DNA from: Acidobacteriota bacterium
GTDB taxonomy: Bacteria; Acidobacteriota; Thermoanaerobaculia; Gp7-AA8
Length of the DNA: 64,000 bases
Direction of reading: 5' to 3'
Assembly: GCA_019244185.1 (NCBI GenBank)
Contig: JAFATB010000018.1
Coordinates: 147,300-211,299, forward strand
Shown here piece by piece: positions 34,922 to 45,677 of this stretch (its first letter is position 1; each line of letters starts with the position of its first letter). The position numbers and the translations under genes were made by a program. The notes beneath the pieces are model-generated. The model was not told the DNA's origin. It saw nothing but the letters and a program-made list of their open reading frames with translations, and ran no database searches.

Positions 34922-36229
34922 GTGCGCAAGCTGCTTCTCGCCGCCGCTCTCGTTGCTTCGCTGCCGCTGACCGCGGCGACGTTACCGCTCGACAACAAAG
35001 TCGATCGCTATCTCGCGCCGCTGGTGAAAAGCGGAGAGCTGCACGGCGTCGTGCTCGTCGCGCGCGGCGATGCGGTCCTCGCGCGGCGCGTCTACGGAAA
35101 AGCGGACTGGGACCTGAATGCGCCGCTCGCGCCGGAGTCGCGCTTCCGCGTCGCGTCGATCACGAAGACGTTCACCGCCGCCGCGATCACGCTCCTCGCC
35201 GACCAGCACAAGCTTGCGTACGACGATCCGCTGTCGAAATTCATCCCCGACTTTCCGAACGCCGACAAGATCCACATCCGCGATCTGCTGCTGCACCGCT
35301 CCGGCGTGCCGAATCCGGATGCGCCGTCGTGCGGCACGGCCACGCTCGACGATCTCGTCGCGGAGCTCGCGAAGGAGCCGCTCTGGTTCGAGCCGGGCAA
35401 AGGGTCGGGCTACAGCAACGGCGGCTACGCGCTGCTCGCCCGCGTCGTCGAGCGCGCGTCGGGCGAGTCGTGGGACGCGTTCCTGCGCCGCCATCTCTTC
35501 GAGCCGCTCGCGCTGACGGAGACGAGCGTCGATCGCCGCGCCGACATCGTGCCGAATCGCGCGCGCGGCTTCGTGCCCGCATCCGGCGCGGCCGGCGTCG
35601 AACATGCCGGATGCGAGGGCGCGTGGGCGGCGATCGGCAGTGGCGCCGTCGTCTCGAGCGCACGCGACCTGCTGAAGTGGGCGCGCGCCGTCCGCGACGA
35701 GACGCTCTTCAAGCGCCGCGCGCTCGAATATCCGTACGGCTGGGGCGTACGCAAGTACTTCGACCACGCCGCGATCGAGCAGTCCGGCATCCTCGGCGGC
35801 TTCGCGTCGTATCTCGCCGTCTATCCCGACGACGATCTCTACGTCGTCGTGCTCGCGAACGTGCAGACGGGCGCGCTCGTCGACGCCGGCAAAGGTCTCG
35901 CGGCGCTTGCTCTCGGCGCGGAGCCACCGAAGCTCGCCGCGTCGCCGCCGATCGTGAATGCGACAGCCGAGGAGCGGCGGCGGTGGGTCGGGCGCTTCCG
36001 CAACGAGAACATCGCCACGGTGGAACTCACGGACCGCGACGGCGTGCTGCGCCTGCGCTGGGGCAACTCGCCGGAGACGGTCTTCATCGGCAGCACCGGG
36101 CCGGCCGCGGCGTACGACCGCGAAGACTCCGTGGCGATGGAGCTCGCGTCGGGCGGCGATGCGCTGCGCATGCGGTGGGGGAGTGGTGAATGGCAGGAGT
36201 TCAAACGTCTTCCGGAGCCCAACCAATGA
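34922..36229 (+). CDS. Serine hydrolase (beta-lactamase/PBP-like family)
   Basis: Signal peptide; SITK (SxxK), LLLHRSG and YSN. Confidence 0.88.
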   Translation: MRKLLLAAALVASLPLTAATLPLDNKVDRYLAPLVKSGELHGVVLVARGDAVLARRVYGKADWDLNAPLAPESRFRVASITKTFTAAAITLLADQHKLAYDDPLSKFIPDFPNADKIHIRDLLLHRSGVPNPDAPSCGTATLDDLVAELAKEPLWFEPGKGSGYSNGGYALLARVVERASGESWDAFLRRHLFEPLALTETSVDRRADIVPNRARGFVPASGAAGVEHAGCEGAWAAIGSGAVVSSARDLLKWARAVRDETLFKRRALEYPYGWGVRKYFDHAAIEQSGILGGFASYLAVYPDDDLYVVVLANVQTGALVDAGKGLAALALGAEPPKLAASPPIVNATAEERRRWVGRFRNENIATVELTDRDGVLRLRWGNSPETVFIGSTGPAAAYDREDSVAMELASGGDALRMRWGSGEWQEFKRLPEPNQ

Positions 36230-38223
36230 TGACCAAAACCTTGCGCAGCTTCCTTCTCGTCGCATCGCTCGCGTTCTCCTGCTCCCTCTTCGCGGAGCTG
36301 CCGCGGCTGATCCCGCGCGAGGTGCTCTTCGGCGGCGCGACGCGTTCCGCGCCGAAGCTCTCGCCCGACGGCACGCGCATCGGCTGGCTGGCGAACGACG
36401 AGAACGGCGTCCGCAACGTCTTCGTGCAGACCATCGGCGGCAACGACACGCACGTCGTCACGTTCGAGCATCATCGCGGCGTCCCCGAGTTCTGGTGGGC
36501 GCTCGACGGCCAGCATCTGCTGTACATGCAGGACGGCGACGGCGATGAGAACGATCACGTCTTCCTCGCCGACCTCGAAGGGAAGAACGTCCGCGATCTG
36601 ACGCCGTTCCGCGGCGTGAAGGCGACGAACCTTCTCGGCAGCCTGGCGCATCCGACGCAGATTCTGGTCGGCCTCAACCTGCGCGACCGCGGCGTCTTCG
36701 ATATGTACCGCGTCGACCTCGAGACCGGCGCGCTGACGCTCGAGGCGAAGAATCCCGGCGACGTCCTGAGCTGGTCGACGGACCGGAACTTCGTGATCCG
36801 CGGTGCGACGACGTTCGATCGCGCGAGCGGCCGCACCGCCGTGCGCGTGCGCGACTCGGCCACCGCGCCGTGGCGCGAGCTGATCTCGTGGCCGTTCGAA
36901 GAGACGCCGATCTATTACGGCCAGGCGTTCGACGGCACGATGATCGTCAACTTCGCGCCCGACGGAAAAACGATCAACGTGCTCTCGTCCACCGGCTCGA
37001 ACACGGTGCGCATCGTCACGCTCGATCTGAAAACCGGCAAGCAGCTGGCCGTCGTCGCCTCCGATCCGAAGTCCGACGTCACCGACCTCGGCGCGCTCAC
37101 CTCGCCGCTCGTGCTCGTGAGCCCGGCCACCGGCAAGCTCGAAGCGGTCGCCTTCGATTACCTCACGCCGGAATGGAAGTTCCTCGACGACGATCTGCGC
37201 GACGACTTCGCGCGCATGACGCGCGTGGTGCCGGGGTTCCTGCTGCCGATCAGCGTCGATGCGAAACGCACGAAGTGGATCGTCGAGACGTATCGCAGCG
37301 ATGCGCCGCCGGTGTACTACGCGTACGACCGCGCCACGAAGCAGATGACGAAGCTCTTCGCCGAGCGTCCCGAGCTCGAGCCGTACACGCTCGCGCCGAA
37401 GAAGGGCGTGGTGATCCGTTCGCGCGACGGGCAGGAGCTCGTGTCGTATCTCACGACGCCGCCGGGCGTCGACGCGAAGAACCTGCCGCTGATCCTGCTG
37501 CCGCACGGCGGCCCGTTCACGCGCGACTACGACGACTACGACGCGCTGGTACAGCTGCTCGCGAACCGCGGCTACGCGGTGCTGCAGGTCAACTACCGCG
37601 GCTCGGAAGGCTTCGGCCGCAAGTTCACGAACCTCTTCACGCGGCAGTGGGGTCTGGCGACGGACGACGATCTCATCGACGGCCTGCGCTGGGCGGTCGC
37701 GCAGGGCATCGCCCATCCGAAGCGCGTCGCGGTGCTCGGCGGCTCGGGCGGCGGTTACGCGACGCTGCGCGCGCTGACGCGCGACCCGGAGCTCTTCGTC
37801 TGCGGCGTGAGCATGGTCGGGCCGTCCGAGCTGAAGACGCTCATCGAAGCGTTCCCGCCGTATTGGGGTCCGTCGCGCGAGCGCTTCATCCGCCGCGTCG
37901 GCGACGTCATTCACGACGACGCGTTCAACCGCGAGATCTCGCCGTACTACCACATCGATCAGTTGCGCGTGCCGGTGCTGATCCAGCAGGGCGCGCACGA
38001 TCCGCGCGTGCCGATCCGGCTCACGGACACGCTCGTGAAGACGCTGCGCGAGGCGAAGCGCGACGTGACGTACATCGTCTACCCGGACGAAGGGCACGGC
38101 CTCGGACGCGACGAGAACGAGATCGATTTCTTCGGACGCGCGGAAGAGTTTCTGGCGAAGTATCTTGGCGGGCGCGCCGAGCCGTGGAAGCCTGTCGCGG
38201 GAGCGAGCGCCGAGGTCCGATGA
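36226..38223 (+). CDS. S9 family peptidase (acylaminoacyl/dipeptidyl peptidase-like)
   Basis: PHGGP, NYRGSEGFG, GGSGGGY, DPRV and DEGHG. Confidence 0.92.
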   Translation: MMTKTLRSFLLVASLAFSCSLFAELPRLIPREVLFGGATRSAPKLSPDGTRIGWLANDENGVRNVFVQTIGGNDTHVVTFEHHRGVPEFWWALDGQHLLYMQDGDGDENDHVFLADLEGKNVRDLTPFRGVKATNLLGSLAHPTQILVGLNLRDRGVFDMYRVDLETGALTLEAKNPGDVLSWSTDRNFVIRGATTFDRASGRTAVRVRDSATAPWRELISWPFEETPIYYGQAFDGTMIVNFAPDGKTINVLSSTGSNTVRIVTLDLKTGKQLAVVASDPKSDVTDLGALTSPLVLVSPATGKLEAVAFDYLTPEWKFLDDDLRDDFARMTRVVPGFLLPISVDAKRTKWIVETYRSDAPPVYYAYDRATKQMTKLFAERPELEPYTLAPKKGVVIRSRDGQELVSYLTTPPGVDAKNLPLILLPHGGPFTRDYDDYDALVQLLANRGYAVLQVNYRGSEGFGRKFTNLFTRQWGLATDDDLIDGLRWAVAQGIAHPKRVAVLGGSGGGYATLRALTRDPELFVCGVSMVGPSELKTLIEAFPPYWGPSRERFIRRVGDVIHDDAFNREISPYYHIDQLRVPVLIQQGAHDPRVPIRLTDTLVKTLREAKRDVTYIVYPDEGHGLGRDENEIDFFGRAEEFLAKYLGGRAEPWKPVAGASAEVR

Positions 38224-39725
38224 AGAGCGTCGTTGCGCTGCTGCTGTTGGTGTTCGTGCCGATCGTCGCATCCGCCGCCACGCCGCGGGAAGCGGCGCAG
38301 GCCGCGCGGACGTGGCGCACCGCGCACGAGCGCGAGATCGTCGCGGAGCTGACGTCGCTGCTCGCGCTGCCGAACCTCGCGTCGGATGCGACGAACATCG
38401 AGCGCAATGCTCAGGCGATCGTGGCGATGCTCGCGCGCCGCGGCATCACCGCGAACGTGCTGCGCATCGACGGCGTGCCGCCGCTCATCGTCGCGGACGT
38501 GAACGCGCCGCACGCGACGACGACCATCGGCTTCTACGCGCACTACGACGGCCAGCCGGTCGATGCAACTCAATGGCGCAACGCTCCGTGGCAGCCGGTG
38601 CTGCGCGATGCGAACGGCCACGACGTCGCGAACGCGGACAAGCTCGATCCGGAGTGGCGCGTCTACGCGCGCTCGGCCTCGGATGACAAAGGCTCGATCG
38701 TCGGCATGCTCGCGGCGCTCGACGCGTTACGCGCGGCGAAGCTCGCGCCGTCGGTGAACCTCAAGTTCGTCTTCGAAGGCGAGGAAGAAGCGGGCTCGCC
38801 GAACCTCGGCCGCTACCTCGCCGAGCACGCGCGCGAGCTCGCCGTCGACGCGTGGATGATCTGCGACGGCCCCGTGCATCAGTCGCGCAGGATGCAGGTG
38901 CTCTTCGGCGCGCGCGGCACGACCGATCTCGAGCTGACGGTCTACGGTCCCGCGCGTCCGCTGCACAGCGGGCATTACGGCAACTGGGCGCCGAATCCGA
39001 TCGTGATGCTCGCGGAGCTCCTCGCGCAGATGCGCGACTCCGACGGGCGCATTCTCATTCCCGGCTTCTACGACGACGTGCGTCCGCTGACGGACGTGGA
39101 GAAAGAGGCGCTCGCGCGCGCGCCGAATCCCGACGATCAGCTCCGCGCGGAGCTCGCGCTCGGACGCACGGAAGGCGATGGGAAGAAGCTCAACGAGCTC
39201 GTGCTGCAGCCCGCGCTGAATCTGCGCGGCTTCGTCGCGGGACACGTCGGCGCGCAGGCGTCGAACACGATCGTCACCGACGCATCGGCATCGATCGACT
39301 TCCGGCTCGTGCCGGATGAAACGCCGGAGTCGGTGCGCGCGCGCGTCGAGCAGTTCCTCGTGTCCAAAGGTTGGTTCCTCGTGCGCGACACGCCCGACGC
39401 GGCGACGCGTGCCGCGCATCCGCGCGTCGTGAAGCTCGCGTGGGGCGCCGGTTATCCGCCCGCGCGCACGGCGATGGATCTGCCGCTCTCGCGGCGCGTG
39501 CTCGACGTGATCGCGGCGGGACGCGGCGAGGCGCCGGTGGCGTTGCCGACCATCGGCGGCAGCGTGCCGATGTACCTCTTTCAGGGCGCGGCGCACAAAC
39601 CGGCCATCGTCATTCCGATCGCGAACCACGACAACAACCAGCACGCGGCGAACGAGAACCTGCGCCTGCAGAACCTGTGGGACGGCATCGAGGTGTACGC
39701 GTCGCTCTTCGCCGGGCTGCGGTAG
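38220..39725 (+). CDS. M20/M25/M40 family metallopeptidase
   Basis: YAHYDGQP, RSASDDK, EGEEEAGS, LHSGHYG and NQHAANEN; ATGA overlap. Confidence 0.9.
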   Translation: MKSVVALLLLVFVPIVASAATPREAAQAARTWRTAHEREIVAELTSLLALPNLASDATNIERNAQAIVAMLARRGITANVLRIDGVPPLIVADVNAPHATTTIGFYAHYDGQPVDATQWRNAPWQPVLRDANGHDVANADKLDPEWRVYARSASDDKGSIVGMLAALDALRAAKLAPSVNLKFVFEGEEEAGSPNLGRYLAEHARELAVDAWMICDGPVHQSRRMQVLFGARGTTDLELTVYGPARPLHSGHYGNWAPNPIVMLAELLAQMRDSDGRILIPGFYDDVRPLTDVEKEALARAPNPDDQLRAELALGRTEGDGKKLNELVLQPALNLRGFVAGHVGAQASNTIVTDASASIDFRLVPDETPESVRARVEQFLVSKGWFLVRDTPDAATRAAHPRVVKLAWGAGYPPARTAMDLPLSRRVLDVIAAGRGEAPVALPTIGGSVPMYLFQGAAHKPAIVIPIANHDNNQHAANENLRLQNLWDGIEVYASLFAGLR

Positions 39726-39729
39726 CGCG

Positions 39730-39745
39730 TGGCAATCGCCTTGCT
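39730..39745 (+). promoter_or_regulatory. Putative sigma-54 promoter
   Basis: TGGCAATCGCCTTGCT matches the -24/-12 consensus with correct GG-N10-GC spacing. Confidence 0.6.
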
Positions 39746-39757
39746 TTGCAGGGCGGC

Positions 39758-40279
39758 ATGAACGATCAGCTCGAACGCTTCCGCGATCTCGTCAAAGACC
39801 TCGAGGTGGCCATGCTCACCACGCGCCGCGAGGACGGCCTGCTCGTGTCGCGGCCGATGGCGACGCAGGCGTTCGCATCCGGCGCCGATCTCTGGTTCGT
39901 CACCGAGAAAGGGAGCCCGAAGCTCGCCGAGCTCGCGCACGATCCGAACGTCAACCTCGGCTACTACAAAGACCGCACGCGCGAATGGATCTCGGTCGCG
40001 GGCAAGGCGCGCGTCGTCGACGACCGCGCCAAGATCCACGAGCTCTATCGTCCCGACTGGCGCGCGTGGTTCGACGACCGCGGCGGCGCGGAGAACGGCG
40101 GCCCCGACGACCCGCGTATGGTGCTGATCGCCGTCGACATCGCCTTCGCGCACTTCATGGAAGTGAACAAGCCGCAGGCGGTGCTGCTGTTCGAGCTCGC
40201 GAAGGGAATGGTCACCGGCAAGCGGCCCGACTTGCCGGACGTGCAGACGATCGATAGGACCGACGGCGGCGCGTCATAG
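39758..40279 (+). CDS. Pyridoxamine 5'-phosphate oxidase-like / general stress protein
   Basis: AMLTT, SRPM, LWFVT, WISVAG and GPDDP. Confidence 0.88.
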   Translation: MNDQLERFRDLVKDLEVAMLTTRREDGLLVSRPMATQAFASGADLWFVTEKGSPKLAELAHDPNVNLGYYKDRTREWISVAGKARVVDDRAKIHELYRPDWRAWFDDRGGAENGGPDDPRMVLIAVDIAFAHFMEVNKPQAVLLFELAKGMVTGKRPDLPDVQTIDRTDGGAS

Positions 40280-41290
40280 CGCCTTGTGCTTCGCCTTCCG
40301 CCGTTGGCGTGGAAAGTCGATCCATCCTTTCCACCAGAACCAGATCATCATCAGGATGCCGATGGCGATCATGAGGCCGAGCGCGAACGGGTAGCCGTGG
40401 ATCCAGTGCAGCTCCGGCATGTGCTCGAAGTTCATGCCGTAGATGCCGGCGATGAGCGTCATCGGCAGCATCATCGCGGAGAAGATCGTGAGCACCTTCA
40501 TGATCTCGTTCGTGCGGTTGGCGACGACCGAGAGGTACGCCTCCATCGTGCCGGTCATCTGATCGCGGTCGACGTCGATCGTCTCGCTGATGCGGAACAT
40601 GTGGTCGTACACGTCGCGGAAGTAGATGAGGTGCTGCTGCTGGACGAACTTCGCGTCGCCGCGCGAGATCTGGTTGAGCAGCTCGCGCTGCGGCAGCGAC
40701 TGGCGGCGCAGCACGTTGAGATCGCGCTTGAGGTGCAGCAGCTCGTCGAGGTGCGCGTTGTCGGCGTCCTCGAAGATGCGGTCCTGGATGTCGTCGACGC
40801 ATTCCTCGATCTGCTCGAGGAGCGGAAAGTACGCGTCGACCATCTGATCCACGATCGAATAGAGCAAAAAGTCGCCGCCGCGTTCGAGGAGGCGCTTGTC
40901 GCCGGGCAGGCGCCTGGCGACGTCGTCGATCGCGCGCAGCGGACAGCGGTGCACGGTGAACAGAAAGTTGCGGCCGAGGAACGCGGCGATCTTGAACGTC
41001 TCGCTGCGGTGCTCGGCGACGTCCACGTCGACGGTGCGGAAGATGAAGAAGTCGTACTGCGCGAAGGAGTCGTACTTCGGCAGCGTGTTCGGTGAGAGCG
41101 TGTCTTCGGCGGCGAGCTCGTGAAAGCCCATCCGCGTTTCGAGCAGCGGCTCGATGACCTCGTTGACGGGCTCCTGGATGTCGACCCAGAGGCGGTCGTC
41201 GGAGTCGCGCCGCCACGCGTCGATCAGTTCCGCCCCGCCGGAGCGGAACCGATCGTCCTGCAGCAGCGCGACGCGGATCGTCGTCGTCAC
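40274..41290 (-). CDS. corA: Magnesium/cobalt transporter CorA
   Basis: [21 protein letters not shown] and MPEL with two C-terminal TM helices. Confidence 0.93.
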   Translation of the reverse strand: MTTTIRVALLQDDRFRSGGAELIDAWRRDSDDRLWVDIQEPVNEVIEPLLETRMGFHELAAEDTLSPNTLPKYDSFAQYDFFIFRTVDVDVAEHRSETFKIAAFLGRNFLFTVHRCPLRAIDDVARRLPGDKRLLERGGDFLLYSIVDQMVDAYFPLLEQIEECVDDIQDRIFEDADNAHLDELLHLKRDLNVLRRQSLPQRELLNQISRGDAKFVQQQHLIYFRDVYDHMFRISETIDVDRDQMTGTMEAYLSVVANRTNEIMKVLTIFSAMMLPMTLIAGIYGMNFEHMPELHWIHGYPFALGLMIAIGILMMIWFWWKGWIDFPRQRRKAKHKAL

Positions 41291-42402
41291 AACAGCTTCG
41301 AGAGCTCCGTGTACTTCCGTTCCTGCGACGTCGCGACGGCCTCGTAGGTGATCTCGCCTTTGTAGACGTTCACGCCTTCGGCGAGGCCGGGGTTCTGGCG
41401 CACGGCTTTCTCGAAGCCGAGGTTGGCGAGGAGGCGCGTGTACGGCAGGGTCGCATTCGTGAGCGCGATGGTCGACGTGCGCGGCACGGCGCCGGGCATG
41501 TTCGCGACGCAGTAGTGCACGACGCCGTCGACCTCGTACACCGGATCGGAGTGCGTGGTCGGATGCGCGGTCTCGACGCAGCCGCCCTGGTCGATGGCGA
41601 CGTCGACGATGACGGCGCCTTTCTTCATGTCGCGGATCATGTCGCGCGTGACGAGCTTCGGCGCGGCCGCGCCCGGAATGAGCACGCCGCCGATGAGCAG
41701 GTCCGAACGGCGCACGGCTTCGGCGATGTGCGCGGCGTTCGACGCGAGCGTCTGGATCGTGCCGCGGAAGATGTCGTCGAGCTGGCGCAGGCGGTCGAGG
41801 TTGTTGTCGAGGATCGTGACGCGCGCGCCGAGGCCGACGGCCATCTTCGCCGCGTTCGTGCCCACCACGCCGCCGCCGATGATGGCCACGTCGGCCGGCA
41901 GCACGCCCGGCACGCCGCCGAGGAGCACGCCGCGTCCGTTGTTCGGCTTGTGCAGGTAGTACGCGCCGACGTGCACGGACATGCGGCCCGCGACTTCCGA
42001 CATCGGCGTGAGCAGCGGCAGCGTGCGGCGGCGCTCGTCGGTGATCGTCTCGTACGCGACGCCGGTGATCTTCTTCTTCATCAGCGACGCGGTGAGGTCG
42101 GGCACCGGCGCGAGGTGGAGGTACGTGAAGAGCAGCTGGCCGTCCTTGAGGCGCGCGAGGTCGGCCTCGATCGGCTCCTTGACCTTCACGATCATGTCGG
42201 CCGCGTCATAGACGGCATCGGCATCGGGAAGGATGCGCGCGCCGACGGCGGTGTACTCGTCGTCGGCGAAGCCGCTGCCGTTGCCGGCGCCCTTCTGGAT
42301 GAGGACCTCGTGTCCGTTGGCGGTGAGGTCGGCGGCGCCGGACGGCGTCATGCCTACGCGGTATTCGTTGTTCTTGATTTCGGTCGGTACGCCGATCCGC
42401 AT
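41287..42402 (-). CDS. ald: Alanine dehydrogenase
   Basis: [33 protein letters not shown] and [10 protein letters not shown]. Confidence 0.97.
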   Translation of the reverse strand: MRIGVPTEIKNNEYRVGMTPSGAADLTANGHEVLIQKGAGNGSGFADDEYTAVGARILPDADAVYDAADMIVKVKEPIEADLARLKDGQLLFTYLHLAPVPDLTASLMKKKITGVAYETITDERRRTLPLLTPMSEVAGRMSVHVGAYYLHKPNNGRGVLLGGVPGVLPADVAIIGGGVVGTNAAKMAVGLGARVTILDNNLDRLRQLDDIFRGTIQTLASNAAHIAEAVRRSDLLIGGVLIPGAAAPKLVTRDMIRDMKKGAVIVDVAIDQGGCVETAHPTTHSDPVYEVDGVVHYCVANMPGAVPRTSTIALTNATLPYTRLLANLGFEKAVRQNPGLAEGVNVYKGEITYEAVATSQERKYTELSKLL

Positions 42403-42492
42403 CGGTCAGGTCTCCTAACGCGAGAGTCGCGCGCGGAGGGCGCGCGCGCATAACGGCGCGCATTCTAGCGTAAGGAGCGCGGCACGCCGCGA

Positions 42493-42528
42493 GTCATTCC
42501 GCGCCGCGATTGCACGGCGCGGAATGAC
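42493..42528. repeat. 14-bp perfect inverted repeat (REP-like or stem-loop)
   Basis: GTCATTCCGCGCCG-N8-CGGCGCGGAATGAC just downstream of the S8 gene. Confidence 0.75.
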
Positions 42529-42535
42529 GCTCACA

Positions 42536-44197
42536 TCACGGGCGCACGGAGCGATGGCGTCCCGGCGGCACGGGCTGCGTCGGCGGCAGGCCGAACGCGG
42601 ACGGCTTCACCCACTTCGCGGCGGCGAGTGCATTGAGCTCGCCGAACGCGCTCTGCACGTCCCAGCCGGCGGGACCGAGGTCGGTCGCCGTCTGCACGAG
42701 GATCGAGCGCATCTGCATCGGATTGAGATCGGGCGCGAGCGAGAGCAGCAGCGCGACGACGCCCGTCGCATGCGGCGTGGCCATCGACGTGCCGTTCAGC
42801 GGACCGTAATCGGCGGCGCGATAGCCGACGGCGACCGGCGCGTTGACGGCGGTGCTGCGGAGCCGGAGCCCGTCGGCGCGCATGATGCCGACGGTGAGCG
42901 GGAACGGGTAATCCTTCCACGCCGGATCGACTTCGCAGACGCCGTTCTGGCAGGTCTCGAAGATCATCGTCCAGCCGGGGTAATCATTCGTGTGCAGCTC
43001 GTCGTTGAAGATGACCACCGCCACGGCGCCGGCTTCCTTCGCGTTGCGCGCTTTCTCGCGGAACGGAATCTCGCCGCGCTCGACGAGCGCGATCTTGCCG
43101 TGCAGGTTGAGGCCGACGAGATCGGCCGGACGGCCGAGTCCCGCGTCGACGAGCAGCGCGTTGACTTCGTTGAACGGCGAGCCGCCGACGCCCGCGCCGT
43201 CGATCAAGGAACTGCCGGACTGCACGTCGGCAGTGGTGTTCGTGCCGGTGCGCAGCGTCGAGACGACGTTGACGCCCGGCGCGCTCACGGCGACGTTGGT
43301 GCCGTAGTTCGAGAACGACGCGCGGTTGCCCTGATCGTCGATCGCGCTGATGGAGATCACGCCTTCGTACGAGCCCGGATAGTGCGGCGCGTTCGTGGCG
43401 TTGTTGCCCGCCGCCGCGACGACGATGACGTTGTCGGCGATCGCGCGCTCGCACGCCTGCCGCTCGATGAGCGACTCCTCGGTTGCGCCGAGGGACATGT
43501 TGATGACCCACAGGCCGCCGATCTCGTGCTTCTTCGAAATGACCCAGTCGATGCCCGCGGCGACGGTTTCGTCCGTGCCTTTGCCGTCGCTGCCGAGCGC
43601 CTTGACCGCCCACAGCTTGACGGCCGGCGCGACGCCGACCACGCCGAGGCCGTTGTCGAGCGCGCCGATCGTGCCGGAGACGTGCGTGCCGTGTTTGTTG
43701 TCGTCGAGCGGCTCCTTGCCCGGATCGTAGAAGTTCACGCCGCCCGCGTAGTTCCCGGCGAGATCGGGATGCCGGTAATCGATCCCGGTGTCGATCACCG
43801 CGACGTTGACGCCTTCGCCGCGCGTCACCGGCCACACCTCGGGCGCGTGCACCGACGGGATGCCCCACGGCACGTACTGCTCGACGTAGGTCTGCGCAGT
43901 CGGCTGCACCGGGCGCGGCCCGCTCGCGGGCATGCTGTCGATCGTGCGCTCGACGACCGGCCGAACGCTCTCGACCGCGCCGGAGCGCTGCAGCTCCGCG
44001 GCCTGCGCGTCGGTGAGCGTGGCGGCGAAGCCGGAGAGGTTCGCGAACGTGCGCACGCGCGCGTCGGCGGGCATGGACCGCAGCGCGTGCGAGGTCGCGA
44101 CGCCGCGCTTCATCGTCACGACGTAGCGCTGCTGTGCGGCGAAGAGCGGCATGGCCGCGGTCAGAAGAACGGCGAGGAGCGTCAGTTTTCGGGTCAT
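42536..44197 (-). CDS. S8 family (subtilisin) serine peptidase with PA domain
   Basis: IDTG, HGTHVSG, AAAGN and GTSMATPH; PA insert (GKIALVERG); signal peptide and I9-like propeptide. Confidence 0.93.
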   Translation of the reverse strand: MTRKLTLLAVLLTAAMPLFAAQQRYVVTMKRGVATSHALRSMPADARVRTFANLSGFAATLTDAQAAELQRSGAVESVRPVVERTIDSMPASGPRPVQPTAQTYVEQYVPWGIPSVHAPEVWPVTRGEGVNVAVIDTGIDYRHPDLAGNYAGGVNFYDPGKEPLDDNKHGTHVSGTIGALDNGLGVVGVAPAVKLWAVKALGSDGKGTDETVAAGIDWVISKKHEIGGLWVINMSLGATEESLIERQACERAIADNVIVVAAAGNNATNAPHYPGSYEGVISISAIDDQGNRASFSNYGTNVAVSAPGVNVVSTLRTGTNTTADVQSGSSLIDGAGVGGSPFNEVNALLVDAGLGRPADLVGLNLHGKIALVERGEIPFREKARNAKEAGAVAVVIFNDELHTNDYPGWTMIFETCQNGVCEVDPAWKDYPFPLTVGIMRADGLRLRSTAVNAPVAVGYRAADYGPLNGTSMATPHATGVVALLLSLAPDLNPMQMRSILVQTATDLGPAGWDVQSAFGELNALAAAKWVKPSAFGLPPTQPVPPGRHRSVRP

Positions 44198-44246
44198 GTC
44201 GAGCTCGATTCTAGTCATCAGATTGCGCGTGTTCTGTTACGAGTCG

Positions 44247-45677
44247 TCATCGACGAAGGACCGGGCGTCCCGTGCGCGGCGGGAGCGACCATCCTTCATC
44301 GAGCAGTTGATCGAGCGTGAGATCGAGACCGTGCAGCAGGTCGGTGTTGATGCTCGGTTCCATGAGCAGGTTCGGCGAGACGGCCGTGTCCCAGTGATGC
44401 ACCGACGACGTCGGCTGCAGCGAGCACGGCGCGTAGAGCCGCACGTCGCCGTTGCGCGTGGCGCCTGCGAGCTGCGTCGGATCGACGTGCAGCATCGCCG
44501 TGACCTGCGCGTGATCCGCGAGCTGCGCGCGCAGCGCGTCGGCGTCTTTCGGCGCGAGGCTGATCACCGGAATGCGGATCGCGTCGCCGCTGGTGCCGGC
44601 CGCGGAAAGCGACGGCGGCGTGCAGGTGTCGCGGCGGTTGTCGACGACGATGAGCGCCGCCGCGCCCGCCGCCTGCGCGTTCGCCGCCTTCGTCGTGAAC
44701 GGACACGTGCCGCGGTCGACGAGCGCGAGATTGCCCGCGACCTCCCCGGCATTCACGAACGCGCTGCAGCCGTCGGTGGCCAGCGGACCGTCGGCGTTCT
44801 CGGCGTCGAGCGCGGGGACGATCGTGCCCGCGACGTTGCCGCGGTTCGCCGGCGTGCCGAAGGACGATGTGCCGATGTCGTAGTCGCGCGCGACGTCCGC
44901 GGGCGCGGTGACGGTGAGCGTCGTGCGCCACTGCAGGACACGCGGCGCGTTCGCGCGCACGTGCTCGCCGTCCCACGCGAGGTTGCCGGTGTTGACGATC
45001 GACGTCACGCGCTGGTCGGGCGAAAGCTGGTCCCAGCGCAGGCCGGTGGCGACGTCGAGCGTGTGCAGATCGAAGACGGACGGCAGGTCGTCGCGGAACG
45101 CCGGCGCGGTCGCGGCGCCGGTCAGCCCGAGGCCGTGCGCGAGCTCGTGCAGCACGACCAGGTAAAGGTCAATGTCTTTACCATGCTGCCCGTCGAGGCC
45201 GTAGTACCAGTTCGCGTCGCCGAGGCAGGTGCGGTTGTCGACGAGCGCGTTGAACTGCATGTAGATGTCGTCGGTGTCGGGCAGGAGGTCCGTGTGCGCG
45301 AACTGGTTCGCGAGCGCGCTCGGATACCAGACGCCGCCGCGCGGGGCGCCGGGGAAGTCGTCGATCCAGCGGATGGCGGTGGCCTGACCGAGCACGCCGT
45401 CGGTGGCGGTGCAGCCGGCGATGCCCATGAAGTTTGCGGCCACGCGGATGTCGACGGAGATGTCGAGCGCGTTTTCCCAACGCTCGGCGGCGGCGCGGAA
45501 GACGTTCATCCGCTGCTCGCCGAGCGTCGTCGCGGGATTGCCCGGCTGCGGCGCGACCGGCGTCCGATCGTTGAGTCCCGTGTTGGCCGGATCGAAGTTG
45601 ATGATGACGATGTGCCCGGCGGCGAACGCATGCGTCGCGAGCAGCAGCCAGCCGAAAACGAGCACGCGGCGCATCAT
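44247..45677 (-). CDS. Secreted zinc metallopeptidase with PA domain
   Basis: Signal peptide, HELAHGLG, PA domain (ALVDRGTC), SSVHHWD-NLLMEP. Confidence 0.85.
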   Translation of the reverse strand: MMRRVLVFGWLLLATHAFAAGHIVIINFDPANTGLNDRTPVAPQPGNPATTLGEQRMNVFRAAAERWENALDISVDIRVAANFMGIAGCTATDGVLGQATAIRWIDDFPGAPRGGVWYPSALANQFAHTDLLPDTDDIYMQFNALVDNRTCLGDANWYYGLDGQHGKDIDLYLVVLHELAHGLGLTGAATAPAFRDDLPSVFDLHTLDVATGLRWDQLSPDQRVTSIVNTGNLAWDGEHVRANAPRVLQWRTTLTVTAPADVARDYDIGTSSFGTPANRGNVAGTIVPALDAENADGPLATDGCSAFVNAGEVAGNLALVDRGTCPFTTKAANAQAAGAAALIVVDNRRDTCTPPSLSAAGTSGDAIRIPVISLAPKDADALRAQLADHAQVTAMLHVDPTQLAGATRNGDVRLYAPCSLQPTSSVHHWDTAVSPNLLMEPSINTDLLHGLDLTLDQLLDEGWSLPPRTGRPVLRR

